This document shows positions 11,220 to 19,879 of a DNA stretch of 32,000 nucleotides, in pieces (within the stretch, counting starts at the first letter, position 1; every line of letters starts with the position of its first letter). The position numbers and the translations under genes are program-made. Location of the stretch: contig NZ_CP030918.1 of NCBI RefSeq assembly GCF_003324675.1, forward strand, positions 2,310,001 to 2,342,000. The letters run 5' to 3'. Source of the DNA: Paracoccus suum. GTDB lineage: Bacteria > Pseudomonadota > Alphaproteobacteria > Rhodobacterales > Rhodobacteraceae. The notes under the pieces are model-generated. The model saw only the letters and a program-made list of their open reading frames with translations. It was not told where the DNA came from and searched no databases.

Positions 11220-11309
11220 GCAGTATCCCCGCGTCGGGGGACAAAATCATAACCACCATGTGGACGCCGGTGCGGCGAGTTGGCCGCAGTCCCGAGGGGG
11301 AGGACAGTG

Positions 11310-13187
11310 ATGCACCACGCGGATGCGCATGCCGAGGCCGAACTGGCTCTCGGCGGGATCGAATCCCTGGCCGAGCCGAAGCGGGCAGAGGCCTGGATGC
11401 GCCCGGTCGAGATTGCGGCCTCTGCTTTGCTGCTGGTGATGATCGTCACCGTGCTGGCCAACGTGTTCTTTCGCTATGTGCTGACCAAGCCGTTGATCTG
11501 GGGCGACGAGGTCGCCTCGATCAGCTTCATCTGGATGGCCATGCTGGGGGCGGCGCTCGCCGTAGACCGGCATGAGCATATGCGGCTGACCGTCTTCCTG
11601 CCGATGTTGCCGGAGAGGCTGGCCCGCGTGGTCGAGGTCGCCGGCAGTGTGCTGGTCTGCGTCCTGCTGCTGCGCTTGCTGCCCGTCGCCGTCGAATACG
11701 CCTACGAGGAATCGTTCGTCACCTCGCCCGCACTGCAATTGCCGATGTCGTGGCGGGCGTCTGCCCTGCCGGCGGGGATCGGGTTGATGGTGGTGCTGAT
11801 GGTGCTGTCGGTCCTGCGGACTCGCGAATGGTCCACCATTATCGGCACGTTGCTGGTCACCGGAGCAGTCGTCGCCGCCCTGTGGGTCGCCAAGCCCGCG
11901 ATCCTGTCGCTGGGCAACTGGAACCTGCCGCTGTTCCTAGGCCTCTTCGCGGGCGCGTTGCTGATCATGGGCGTGCCCATCGCCTTCTGCTTTGCCCTGG
12001 CGACACTCGGCTACCTGACCTTTGCGACCCACGCCCCGGCCTTCGTCATGATGGGCCGCATCGACGAGGGCATGTCCTCGCTGATCCTGCTGTCGGTGCC
12101 GGTGTTTGTGCTGCTGGGCTGCATCCTTGACGCGACCGGCATGGGCCGCGCCATCGTCGGTTTCCTCGCCTCGCTGTTCGGCCATGTGAAGGCCGGGATG
12201 AGCTATGTGCTGCTCGGCTCGATGTTCCTCGTCTCCGGCATTTCCGGCTCGAAAGTGTCGGACATGGCAACTGTCGCGCCGGCCCTGTTCCCCGAGATGC
12301 GGCGCCGTGGCCATTCCGCGCCCGAGATGACCGCGCTGCTGGCGACCGGCGCGGCCATGGCCGACACGGTGCCACCCTCGATCGTGCTGATCGTACTGGG
12401 ATCGGTTGCGGGCGTGTCCATCGCCGGCCTCTTCACCTCGGGCTTTGCCATCGCCATGGTGCTTCTGGTCGTTCTGGCTGTGCTGGCCCGTTGGAAAGCG
12501 CGCGGCGAGCGGATGGAGGGGGTGCAGCGCGCCTCGCTCGGCGTGATCGGCAAGACCGCCCTGATCGCGGCGCCCGCCTTGGTGCTGCCCTTCATGATCC
12601 GCAGTCTGGTCGCCGGCGGCGTTGCCACCGCGACCGAGGTCAGCACCATCGCGACCCTTTATGCCTTCATCATCGGCTCGGTGCTCTACGGCGGCATCCC
12701 GCTGCGCCGCGTCGGCACGATGCTGGTCGAGACCGCCGCCATGTCGGGGGCGATCCTGCTGATTCTCGGCGCCGCGTCGGCCATGGCCTGGGGGCTGACT
12801 CAATCGGGCTTTGCGCGCGATCTGATGGTGCTGGTGACCGGCCTGCCGGGCGGCTGGCTCGTCTTCATGCTCGCCTCGATCGTGATCTTCCTGTTGCTTG
12901 GCTGCGTGCTGGAGGGGTTGCCCGCCATCGTGCTGCTGGCGCCGATCATGTTCCCGATCTCGCGCGGGCTGGGCATTCACGACATCCATTATGCGATGGT
13001 GATCGTCACGGCGATGAACATCGGTCTGATGGCACCACCAATCGGCATTGGCTTTTACATCGCCTGCAAGATCGCCAACGTGCCCGCCGAACAGGTGATG
13101 GCGAAGATCTGGCCTTATCTCGCCGCACTGCTGGTCGGCCTTCTGGTCATCGCCGCCGTGCCCTGGTTCTCGACCGCGCTTTTGTAA
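11310..13187 (+). CDS. TRAP transporter, fused small (DctQ-like) and large (DctM-like) permease
   Basis: The N-terminal ~160 aa carry 4 hydrophobic helices ('IAASALLLVMIVTVLANVFFRYVLTKPLIWGDEV', DctQ-like). A linker helix 'WSTIIGTLLVTGAVVAALWV' follows. A DctM-like body then begins at 'LPLFLGLFAGALLIMGVPIAFCFALATLGYL'. GGAGGA (11298-11303) precedes the ATG at 11310. Confidence 0.9.
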   Translation: MHHADAHAEAELALGGIESLAEPKRAEAWMRPVEIAASALLLVMIVTVLANVFFRYVLTKPLIWGDEVASISFIWMAMLGAALAVDRHEHMRLTVFLPMLPERLARVVEVAGSVLVCVLLLRLLPVAVEYAYEESFVTSPALQLPMSWRASALPAGIGLMVVLMVLSVLRTREWSTIIGTLLVTGAVVAALWVAKPAILSLGNWNLPLFLGLFAGALLIMGVPIAFCFALATLGYLTFATHAPAFVMMGRIDEGMSSLILLSVPVFVLLGCILDATGMGRAIVGFLASLFGHVKAGMSYVLLGSMFLVSGISGSKVSDMATVAPALFPEMRRRGHSAPEMTALLATGAAMADTVPPSIVLIVLGSVAGVSIAGLFTSGFAIAMVLLVVLAVLARWKARGERMEGVQRASLGVIGKTALIAAPALVLPFMIRSLVAGGVATATEVSTIATLYAFIIGSVLYGGIPLRRVGTMLVETAAMSGAILLILGAASAMAWGLTQSGFARDLMVLVTGLPGGWLVFMLASIVIFLLLGCVLEGLPAIVLLAPIMFPISRGLGIHDIHYAMVIVTAMNIGLMAPPIGIGFYIACKIANVPAEQVMAKIWPYLAALLVGLLVIAAVPWFSTALL

Positions 13188-13220
13188 TCAATCGAATACC
13201 TCAGGGAGGAGGAGGAAATC

Positions 13221-14237
13221 ATGACTATCACCCGCCGCAACATCCTGCTGGGCGCCGCCGTCGGCGCGCTCGCAACGCCATTCATCCGGGTCCGCCCGGC
13301 CATGGCGGCCGAGTTCAGCTACAAGGTCGCCAACAACCAGCCGCTGGACCATCCCAGCAACATCCGCCTGGCCGAGGCGCAAAAGGCGATCCTGGAGGGG
13401 ACCGACGGCCGCTTTGACCTGCAGATCTTCCCGTCGAACCAGCTGGGCGCCGATACCGACGTTCTGGGCCAACTGCGCTCGGGCGGGGTCGAGTTCTTCC
13501 AGCTCTCGCCGGTGATCCTGTCGACGCTGGTGCCCAACGCCTCGATCAACGGCGTGGGCTTTGCCTTCCCGGACTACGACACGGTCTGGAAGGCGATGGA
13601 TGGCGATCTGGGCGCCTATGCGCGCGGTCAGATCGAGGCTGGTGGCCTCGTCGTCATGGACAAGATCTGGGACAACGGCTTCCGCCAGATTACCTCGTCG
13701 AAAAAGCCGATCACGACGCCGGCCGATCTGGAGGGGTTCAAGATCCGTGTGCCGGTCAGCCCGCTGTGGACCTCGCTTTTCACTGCCTTCGGCTCGGCCC
13801 CGGCATCGATCAACTTCGCCGAGGTTTATACCGCTCTGCAGACCGGGATCGTCGACGGGCAGGAAAACCCGCTGGCGATCATGAAGGTCGCGAAGCTGTG
13901 GGAGGTGCAGAAATATTGCTCGCTGACCAACCACATGTGGGACGGCTTCTGGATGCTCGGCAACCGCCGCGCCTGGCAGGCCCTACCCGAAGACGTGCAG
14001 AAGGTCGTCGCCGACAACTTCAACGCCGCGGCGGTCAAGCAGCGGGCCGACATCGCCGAGATGAACAAGACCCTCAAGACCGACCTCGAGGGCAACGGCT
14101 TTGTCTTCAACGACGTCGATCCCAAGGCGTTCGAGGACAAGCTGCGCGAGGCCGGGTTCTACGCGGAATGGAAGAAAACCTTTGGCGACGAGGCCTGGGC
14201 CATTCTGGAAACGGCCATTGGACGCAAGCTGGCCTGA
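13221..14237 (+). CDS. TRAP transporter substrate-binding protein (DctP family)
   Basis: Tat/Sec-like leader 'MTITRRNILLGAAVGALATPFIRVRPAMA'. DctP-type motifs 'NQLGADTDVLGQLRSGGVEF', 'DNGFRQITS', 'PADLEGFKIRVP' and 'YTALQTGIVDGQENPL' are present. A strong SD GGAGGAGGAGGA lies upstream. Confidence 0.9.
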   Translation: MTITRRNILLGAAVGALATPFIRVRPAMAAEFSYKVANNQPLDHPSNIRLAEAQKAILEGTDGRFDLQIFPSNQLGADTDVLGQLRSGGVEFFQLSPVILSTLVPNASINGVGFAFPDYDTVWKAMDGDLGAYARGQIEAGGLVVMDKIWDNGFRQITSSKKPITTPADLEGFKIRVPVSPLWTSLFTAFGSAPASINFAEVYTALQTGIVDGQENPLAIMKVAKLWEVQKYCSLTNHMWDGFWMLGNRRAWQALPEDVQKVVADNFNAAAVKQRADIAEMNKTLKTDLEGNGFVFNDVDPKAFEDKLREAGFYAEWKKTFGDEAWAILETAIGRKLA

Positions 14238-15037
14238 TGCGCGACGCCGTCGCCCCTGCCCATGCGGACACTGGAGGAACGCAGGCGGTGGCGCGTGCGC
14301 TGTCGCTGCTGTCGCTGGTCGGGCGGGGCGGGGCGCAAGGACTGGGGCTGGCGCAGCTTGCGGCAGCCTCGGGTCTTGCGCGGCCCACGGCGCGGCGGCT
14401 GCTGCTGGCGCTGGGCGCGGCGCGCATGGTCGAGCAGGACCGCGCGACGCGCCGCTATCATCTGGGCGCCGAGACCTATCTGCTGGCCGGTTTCGCGGCA
14501 GAGCGCCACGGCATCCTGCACCATGCCCGCGAGGGCATGGTCAGGCTGGCGCAAGAGACGGGCGATACGGTGCTGCTGACCGTGCCGCAGGATGACCACA
14601 CCCTGTGCCTGGAACGGATCGAGGGCGATTTTCCGGTCCGCACCCATGCCCTGATGCGTGGCGACCGCAAACCTGCAGGCCTCGGGGCCGGTGCCTTGGC
14701 GATCCTCGCCGCCCTGCCAGCGGCGGAGGCGGAGGCGCTGCTGACCCGGGCGGCGCCGCAGATCGGCGATCTGATGCCGGCTGTGGTCGCGGATTTGGAG
14801 CAGGCCCGCGCCGACGGTTACGCCCTCAATCCCGGACATGTCATTGCCGGGTCCTGGGGCCTCGGGGTGGTCATTTCCTGGCCGGACGGGCGCCCGGCGG
14901 GGGCGCTGTCCATCGCCGCCATCGAAAACCGCATGACGCCAGCGCGCCAGGTCGATCTGGTCGCCGGCCTGCATCGCGAGGCCGCAGTTATCGCGGCGCG
15001 CCTTTCCGCGCTGGGCACCGAAAGGAACATCCCTTGA
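14237..15037 (+). CDS. IclR-family transcriptional regulator
   Basis: 'AVARALSLLSLVGRGGAQGLGLAQLAAASGLARPTARRLLLALGAARMVEQD' is a winged HTH, followed by an IclR effector domain ('GDTVLLTV..LCLERIEG', 'GAGALAIL'). The ATG at 14237 shares one nucleotide with the dctP TGA (14235-14237). The listed 423-aa ORF is an upstream extension across dctP. Confidence 0.85.
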   Translation: MRDAVAPAHADTGGTQAVARALSLLSLVGRGGAQGLGLAQLAAASGLARPTARRLLLALGAARMVEQDRATRRYHLGAETYLLAGFAAERHGILHHAREGMVRLAQETGDTVLLTVPQDDHTLCLERIEGDFPVRTHALMRGDRKPAGLGAGALAILAALPAAEAEALLTRAAPQIGDLMPAVVADLEQARADGYALNPGHVIAGSWGLGVVISWPDGRPAGALSIAAIENRMTPARQVDLVAGLHREAAVIAARLSALGTERNIP

Positions 15038-16203
15038 CCGAACCCCTGATCGTCGGCTGGGCGCATACGAAGTTCGGCAAGGCCGAGGCGCCCGATACGA
15101 TGGCCCTGATGGCCGAGGTCGCGCTGCCGGCGCTGGACCACGCCGGGGTGCCGCCCGAGGCGGTCGATGGCATCTTTACCGGCGTCTACAACAACGGCTT
15201 TCAGCGCCAGGATTTTCAGGGCGCGCTCGTCGCCATGGGCGCGCCGGAACTGGCGGGCATGCCCTTCATGCGCACCGAAAACGCCTGTGCCACCGGCTCG
15301 GCGGCCCTCTATGCGGCAGCGGATTTCATCGCCTCGGGCCGCGGCAGGATCGCCCTGGTGATCGGCGCGGAAAAGATGACCGCGCTGCCCATTACCGATG
15401 TCGGGGGCGTGTTGCTGACCGCCAGCTATGTCGCCGAGGAAGGGGACACGCCCGGCGGGTTTGCCGGCGTCTTCGGCCGCATCACGGACGCCTATTTCCA
15501 GCGGAACGGCGACAGGTCCGAGGAACTGGCGATGATTGCCGCCAAAAACCACGGCAACGGCGTCAACAACCCTTATGCGCATATGCAAAAGGCGCTGGAT
15601 GTGGCGTTCTGCAACACACCGTCCGACAAGAACCCGCTGGTGGCCGGTCCGCTGCGGCGCACGGATTGCTCGTTGGTCTCGGACGGCGCAGCGGCCATCG
15701 TGCTGGCGGCGTCCGAGGTGGCTGAAGGTCTGGCCCGAGCGATCCGTTTTCGCGCCCGCGCGCAGGCCGGGGACATTCTGGCTCTGTCGCGCCGGGACCC
15801 GACCGAATTTGCCGGCGCGCACCGCGCATGGCGATCGGCGCTGGACCAGGCGGGGCTGGCGATCACCGACCTGTCGCTGGTGGAAACCCATGACTGCTTC
15901 ACCACCGCCGAGATGATCGAATACGAGGCGATGGGGCTCGCTCCGCGCGGGCAGGGTTGGCGCGTGATCCGAGAGGGGACGACCCGCATGGGCGGCGCGC
16001 TGCCGGTGAACCCCTCGGGCGGGCTGAAATCGCGCGGCCACCCGATCGGCGCGACAGGTGTCTCGCAGCACGTCATGGCTGCGATGCAGTTGATGGACGA
16101 GGCTGGGGCCATGCAGGTTCGCGGCGCGAACTTGGCCGGAGTCTTCAACATGGGCGGCACGGCCGTTGCCAATTACTGCTCGATCCTGGAGCGCGCGCGA
16201 TGA
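15034..16203 (+). CDS. SCP2/SCPx-type thiolase-like protein
   Basis: Nucleophile context 'TENACATGSAALY', the SCP2-thiolase fingerprint 'ETHDCF', and 'GHPIGATGV'. No Cys is present in the C-terminal 'FNMGGTAVAN'. The proposed start is TTG at 15034, overlapping the iclR TGA (15035-15037), with AAAGGA 8 nt upstream. The first in-frame ATG would remove the conserved N-terminus. Confidence 0.82.
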   Translation: MTEPLIVGWAHTKFGKAEAPDTMALMAEVALPALDHAGVPPEAVDGIFTGVYNNGFQRQDFQGALVAMGAPELAGMPFMRTENACATGSAALYAAADFIASGRGRIALVIGAEKMTALPITDVGGVLLTASYVAEEGDTPGGFAGVFGRITDAYFQRNGDRSEELAMIAAKNHGNGVNNPYAHMQKALDVAFCNTPSDKNPLVAGPLRRTDCSLVSDGAAAIVLAASEVAEGLARAIRFRARAQAGDILALSRRDPTEFAGAHRAWRSALDQAGLAITDLSLVETHDCFTTAEMIEYEAMGLAPRGQGWRVIREGTTRMGGALPVNPSGGLKSRGHPIGATGVSQHVMAAMQLMDEAGAMQVRGANLAGVFNMGGTAVANYCSILERAR

Positions 16204-17777
16204 CGGACCCCTCAGGCGGCGTTGCCCCTGTCTCGACCCGCGTGATGAATCTTGCGACCTTCCTCGCGCAGGCTGCCCGGCGCGACCCGGACGGGATTGC
16301 CCTTGTGATGGGCGATACGCGCTGGACCTGGGCCGAGTGGAACGCCCGCGCCGATGCGCTGGCCGATGCACTGCAGACGCGGTTCAACCTGCAAAAGGGC
16401 GACCGGGTGCTGTGCCAGTCGCAGAACTGCATGGAGATGATGCAGGCCATGTTCGCCGTCTGGCGCGCCGGCGGGGTCTGGGTGCCCGCCAACTTCCGCC
16501 AGACACCGGAGGAGGTGGCCTATCTCGCCGAGGCCTCGGGCGCGTCGCTGATGTTCTGTAACGCCGCCTTTCCGGCCCATGCGGCGGCCTGCGATCTGCC
16601 GCAGATCGCCATCGGGGCTGCCGATTTCGGCCCCGACATTGCCGCCATCACTGCCGAGCATATGGGCAAGCGACCGCCGGCCGCAGCGGTTGGCCGCGAC
16701 GATCCCTGCTGGTTCTTCTTCACTTCGGGCACCACCGGGCGCCCCAAGGCGAGCGTTCTGACCCATGGCCAGATGGCCTTTGTGGTGACCAATCACCTTG
16801 CCGACCTGATGCCGGGGCTGACCGGCGATGATGCCTCACTGGTGGTCGCGCCACTGTCGCACGGCGCGGGGGTGCATCAGCTGACGCAGGTGGCGCGCGG
16901 GGTAAAGACGATCCTGCTGCCGACCGAGCGCTTTGACGTGGCGCAGGTCTGGGATCTGGTCGCGCAGTGGCGGGTGTCGACCATGTTCACCGTGCCGACG
17001 ATCCTGAAACTGCTGGTGGAACATCCATCGAGCGCGGCGGCCGACACCTCGTCCCTGCGCTATGTCGTCTATGCCGGCGCGCCGATGTACCGCGTGGACC
17101 AGCAAAGGGCGCTGGAGACGCTCGGCCCCGTGCTGGTCCAGTATTTCGGGCTGGGCGAGGTCACGGGCAACATCACCGTCCTGCCCGCGCATCTGCATCA
17201 GGCCGAGGACGGGCCCACCGCCCGCATCGGCACCTGCGGCCATGCGCGGACCGGGATCGAGGTCCAGATCCAGGATGACAATGGCGACGAGGTCGCGCCG
17301 GGCGAGACAGGAGAGATCTGCTGCATCGGCCCGGCCGTCTTTGCCGGCTACTACCAGAACCCCGAGGCCAATGCGAAATCCTTTCGGAACGGCTGGTTCC
17401 GCACGGGCGATCTTGGCCACATGGACGAGCAGGGCTTTTTCTACATCACCGGTCGGCAGTCGGACATGTTCATCTCGGGCGGCTCGAACGTCTATCCACG
17501 CGAGATCGAGGAAAAAATCCTGACCCACCCGGCGATCAACGAGGTCGCGGTCGTCGGCGTGCCGGACCCCCTGTGGGGAGAGATAGGCTGGGCGGTTTGC
17601 GTCGCGAACGCCCCCGTGGCCGAGGATGACCTGGCGGCGTTCCTCGACGGCAAGCTGTCGCGCTACAAGATGCCCAAGCGGTTCCTGTTCTGGGATGCGC
17701 TGCCCAAGTCAGCCTATGGCAAGATCACCAAGAAGATGATCCGCGAAGAGCTGGAAGCCCGCGGCATGCTCGCATGA
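16200..17777 (+). CDS. AMP-forming acyl-CoA synthetase/ligase (ANL superfamily)
   Basis: 'FFFTSGTTGRPKAS' (AMP-binding core), 'GEICCIGP', 'FRTGDLGHMDEQGFFYITGRQSDMFISGGSNVYPREIE', and the C-terminal lysine context 'PKSAYGKITKK'. An ATGA start/stop overlap with the thiolase lies at 16200-16203. Confidence 0.9.
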   Translation: MTDPSGGVAPVSTRVMNLATFLAQAARRDPDGIALVMGDTRWTWAEWNARADALADALQTRFNLQKGDRVLCQSQNCMEMMQAMFAVWRAGGVWVPANFRQTPEEVAYLAEASGASLMFCNAAFPAHAAACDLPQIAIGAADFGPDIAAITAEHMGKRPPAAAVGRDDPCWFFFTSGTTGRPKASVLTHGQMAFVVTNHLADLMPGLTGDDASLVVAPLSHGAGVHQLTQVARGVKTILLPTERFDVAQVWDLVAQWRVSTMFTVPTILKLLVEHPSSAAADTSSLRYVVYAGAPMYRVDQQRALETLGPVLVQYFGLGEVTGNITVLPAHLHQAEDGPTARIGTCGHARTGIEVQIQDDNGDEVAPGETGEICCIGPAVFAGYYQNPEANAKSFRNGWFRTGDLGHMDEQGFFYITGRQSDMFISGGSNVYPREIEEKILTHPAINEVAVVGVPDPLWGEIGWAVCVANAPVAEDDLAAFLDGKLSRYKMPKRFLFWDALPKSAYGKITKKMIREELEARGMLA

Positions 17778-18601
17778 GCCTGCGAATGATCCATCCCGGC
17801 CCGCGCGCGGCCGAGCGCACGGTGGCCGTGCCGGCCGACCTGCGCCGCATTGCGGGGGTTTTGCCGGCCGGGCGCAGCGTGATGGAGGCAGTCGGCGATC
17901 TGTTTGCGGCGAAGGGTTGCAAGGGCGGCGTGGTGTGGCTGGACGGGGCGGTCTGCGATCCGCTGCGCTTTGTGCTGCCGGCGCCATCGACGGATGGCCT
18001 GCACGCGGCATGGTATTCGGACACCCATGCCCCGGACGGCCCCGTCCAGATCGGGCGGGCCACCGCAACCGTCGGCTGGAAGGATGGCGCGCCGTTCCTG
18101 CACTGCCATGGCACATGGGCGGGTACCATGGGCCACCTTTTGCCCTTCGACAGCATTCTGGCCGCCGATGCGCCTGTCGCCGGCATCGGCGCGCCTGATG
18201 CGTGGTTCGAGTCGCTGCCCGACGTGGAAACCGCCTTTACGCTATTCACGCCGCAAGGGAGCGGTATCGGCACTGGCCTGCTGGCTCGCATCCTTCCTGG
18301 CGAGGACGTTCTCACTGCCATCGAGACCCTCTGCGCTGGACACGGCATCACCGATGCGCGGCTGTACGGGGTCGGCAGCATTGATCACATCCGCTTTGTC
18401 GACGGCAGCCGCACGGACTGCCACGCCACGGAACTGCATCTGGTTGGTGCCACCCTCAGGGCGGGCGAGGCGCATGTGCCGATCGAGGTCGTGGACATCG
18501 ACGGCAAGATCATGCGCGGCGTGCTGGAGCGCGGGGTTAACCCGGTCGGCGTGACGCTGGAATTGATAGTCGAGACAGAAGGGGTGCGCGATGACGCATG
18601 A
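17774..18601 (+). CDS. Tandem PPC (DUF296)-domain protein, function unknown
   Basis: There are two PPC-like halves. Half 1 is 'VLPAGRSVMEAVGDLFAAKGCKGGVVWLDGAV...GWKDGAPFLHCHGTW'. Half 2 is 'RILPGEDVLTAIETLCAGHGITDARLYGVGSIDHIRF...LRAGEAHVPIEVVDIDGKIMRGVLERG'. An ATGA overlap with the ligase lies at 17774-17777. Confidence 0.65.
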   Translation: MSLRMIHPGPRAAERTVAVPADLRRIAGVLPAGRSVMEAVGDLFAAKGCKGGVVWLDGAVCDPLRFVLPAPSTDGLHAAWYSDTHAPDGPVQIGRATATVGWKDGAPFLHCHGTWAGTMGHLLPFDSILAADAPVAGIGAPDAWFESLPDVETAFTLFTPQGSGIGTGLLARILPGEDVLTAIETLCAGHGITDARLYGVGSIDHIRFVDGSRTDCHATELHLVGATLRAGEAHVPIEVVDIDGKIMRGVLERGVNPVGVTLELIVETEGVRDDA

Positions 18602-19373
18602 CGCCAAGGTTGCCGTCGTAACCGGGGGATGCCGCGGCATCGGCCTCGCCGCGACACAGATTTTCCTCGAGCAGGGCTGGCGGGTCGCAGTCGTGGACCG
18701 CGACACGGACGAACTACATGCCGTGTGTGACCCGATGGAGAATGTCCTGCCGATCGAGGCAGACATTTCCGAGCCACAAAGCGTCGATGGCCTGATCCGA
18801 ACGGTCGTCAGTCAGTTCGGCGGCGTCGATGCACTGGTCAACAACGCGGGCGTCGCGCTGTTCTCGCGCGCGGACCAGACCAGCTTCGAGGCCTGGCGCG
18901 AGGTCATGGCGACCAACCTCGACGGCGTGTTCCTGTGTACCCAGGCGGCGGTGCCGGAGCTGGCGAAAACACGCGGCGCGATCGTAAATATCGCCTCGAT
19001 CTCGGGCCTGCGCGCCTCGACGCTGCGGGTCGCCTATGGCACCTCGAAGGCCGCCGTCATTCATCTGACCAAGCAATTCGCAGCCGAACTGGGCGAGCAA
19101 GGTATTCGCGTCAACTGCGTCGCCCCCGGCCCGGTCAGGACCAAACTGGCCATGGCGGTGCATGCGCCGGAAATCATCAGCGCCTATTACGACGCCATCC
19201 CGCTGAACCGCTATGGCGAGGCACGCGAGATCGCCGAGGCGATCGTGTTCCTATGCTCGGACAAGGCCAGCTTCGTCACCGGGCAGACGCTGGCCGTCGA
19301 CGGCGGCTTTGACGCAACCGGCGTCGGCCTGCCGGCCCTGCGGCGAGGGGACGGGACGGTGCGCGAGATCTGA
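18591..19373 (+). CDS. Classical SDR-family oxidoreductase
   Basis: 'VAVVTGGCRGIGLA' (TGxxxGxG), 'NNAGV', 'SISG...VAYGTSKAAV' (S/YxxxK) and 'VNCVAPGPVRT'. The start overlaps the upstream stop by 11 nt. Confidence 0.9.
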   Translation: MTHDAKVAVVTGGCRGIGLAATQIFLEQGWRVAVVDRDTDELHAVCDPMENVLPIEADISEPQSVDGLIRTVVSQFGGVDALVNNAGVALFSRADQTSFEAWREVMATNLDGVFLCTQAAVPELAKTRGAIVNIASISGLRASTLRVAYGTSKAAVIHLTKQFAAELGEQGIRVNCVAPGPVRTKLAMAVHAPEIISAYYDAIPLNRYGEAREIAEAIVFLCSDKASFVTGQTLAVDGGFDATGVGLPALRRGDGTVREI

Positions 19374-19417
19374 TGGCGGGCGTCCAGTCATCCGGACAGG
19401 CCGGAGGGGTGCTGTAG

Positions 19418-19879
19418 TCAGATGTTCAGCGTCAGTCCTGTCTTGACGGTATCCATCGATACGAAGGTGCCGAACTTGCGCACGTTGCTGCCTTGGAACA
19501 GAACGAGGCGCGTGAAATCCTCGTAATGCGCCATGCTCTCGACCACCACGACCAGCATGAAATCGGCCTCGCCGGTGACGTAAAAGCACTGCTGCACCTC
19601 GGGTGCGTCGCGGAAGCGACATTTCATCATGTCGATGTCCTCGGGCGTCTCGCTGACCAGTTCTACCTGGCAGAAGATGGTCAGTGGCCGGCCGACCTTG
19701 CCGGGGTCAAGGACTGCGACGGTGGCCGCGATCACGCCCTCGGCCTCCATCCGGCGGATTCTGCGCTGCACCGAGGGCGCGGACAGGTTCACCGCCTCGC
19801 CGATCTCGCGCTGCGGCATCCTCGCGTCGCGTTGCAGGATCCGCAGGATGGCGATGTCGAATGCGTCGAGGGGCGTCAT
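19418..19879 (-). CDS. Lrp/AsnC-family transcriptional regulator
   Basis: 'LDAFDIAILRILQRDARMPQREIGEAVNLSAPSVQRRIRRMEAEGVI' is an HTH_AsnC domain, followed by a C-terminal RAM/ASNC ligand domain. Length is 153 aa. Confidence 0.9.
   Translation of the reverse strand: MTPLDAFDIAILRILQRDARMPQREIGEAVNLSAPSVQRRIRRMEAEGVIAATVAVLDPGKVGRPLTIFCQVELVSETPEDIDMMKCRFRDAPEVQQCFYVTGEADFMLVVVVESMAHYEDFTRLVLFQGSNVRKFGTFVSMDTVKTGLTLNI

Noticed and set aside
11937-12989. 350-aa ORF on the - strand
   Set aside because: It is antisense to the DctM-like permease, and its His/Arg/Asp/Gly-rich sequence is not protein-like. The 1484-2224 (-) ORF opposite gdhA is rejected on the same logic.
13766-14236. Upstream 157 codons of the listed 423-aa ORF that contains the IclR regulator
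   Set aside because: This part overlaps dctP in another frame and is Arg/Gly-rich. The IclR HTH begins right after the ATG at 14237, which abuts the dctP stop.
14818-16371. 517-aa ORF on the - strand
   Set aside because: It is antisense to the thiolase gene and the ends of the IclR and ligase genes. The sequence is low-complexity and Arg/Pro/Gly-rich, whereas the + strand carries clear family motifs.
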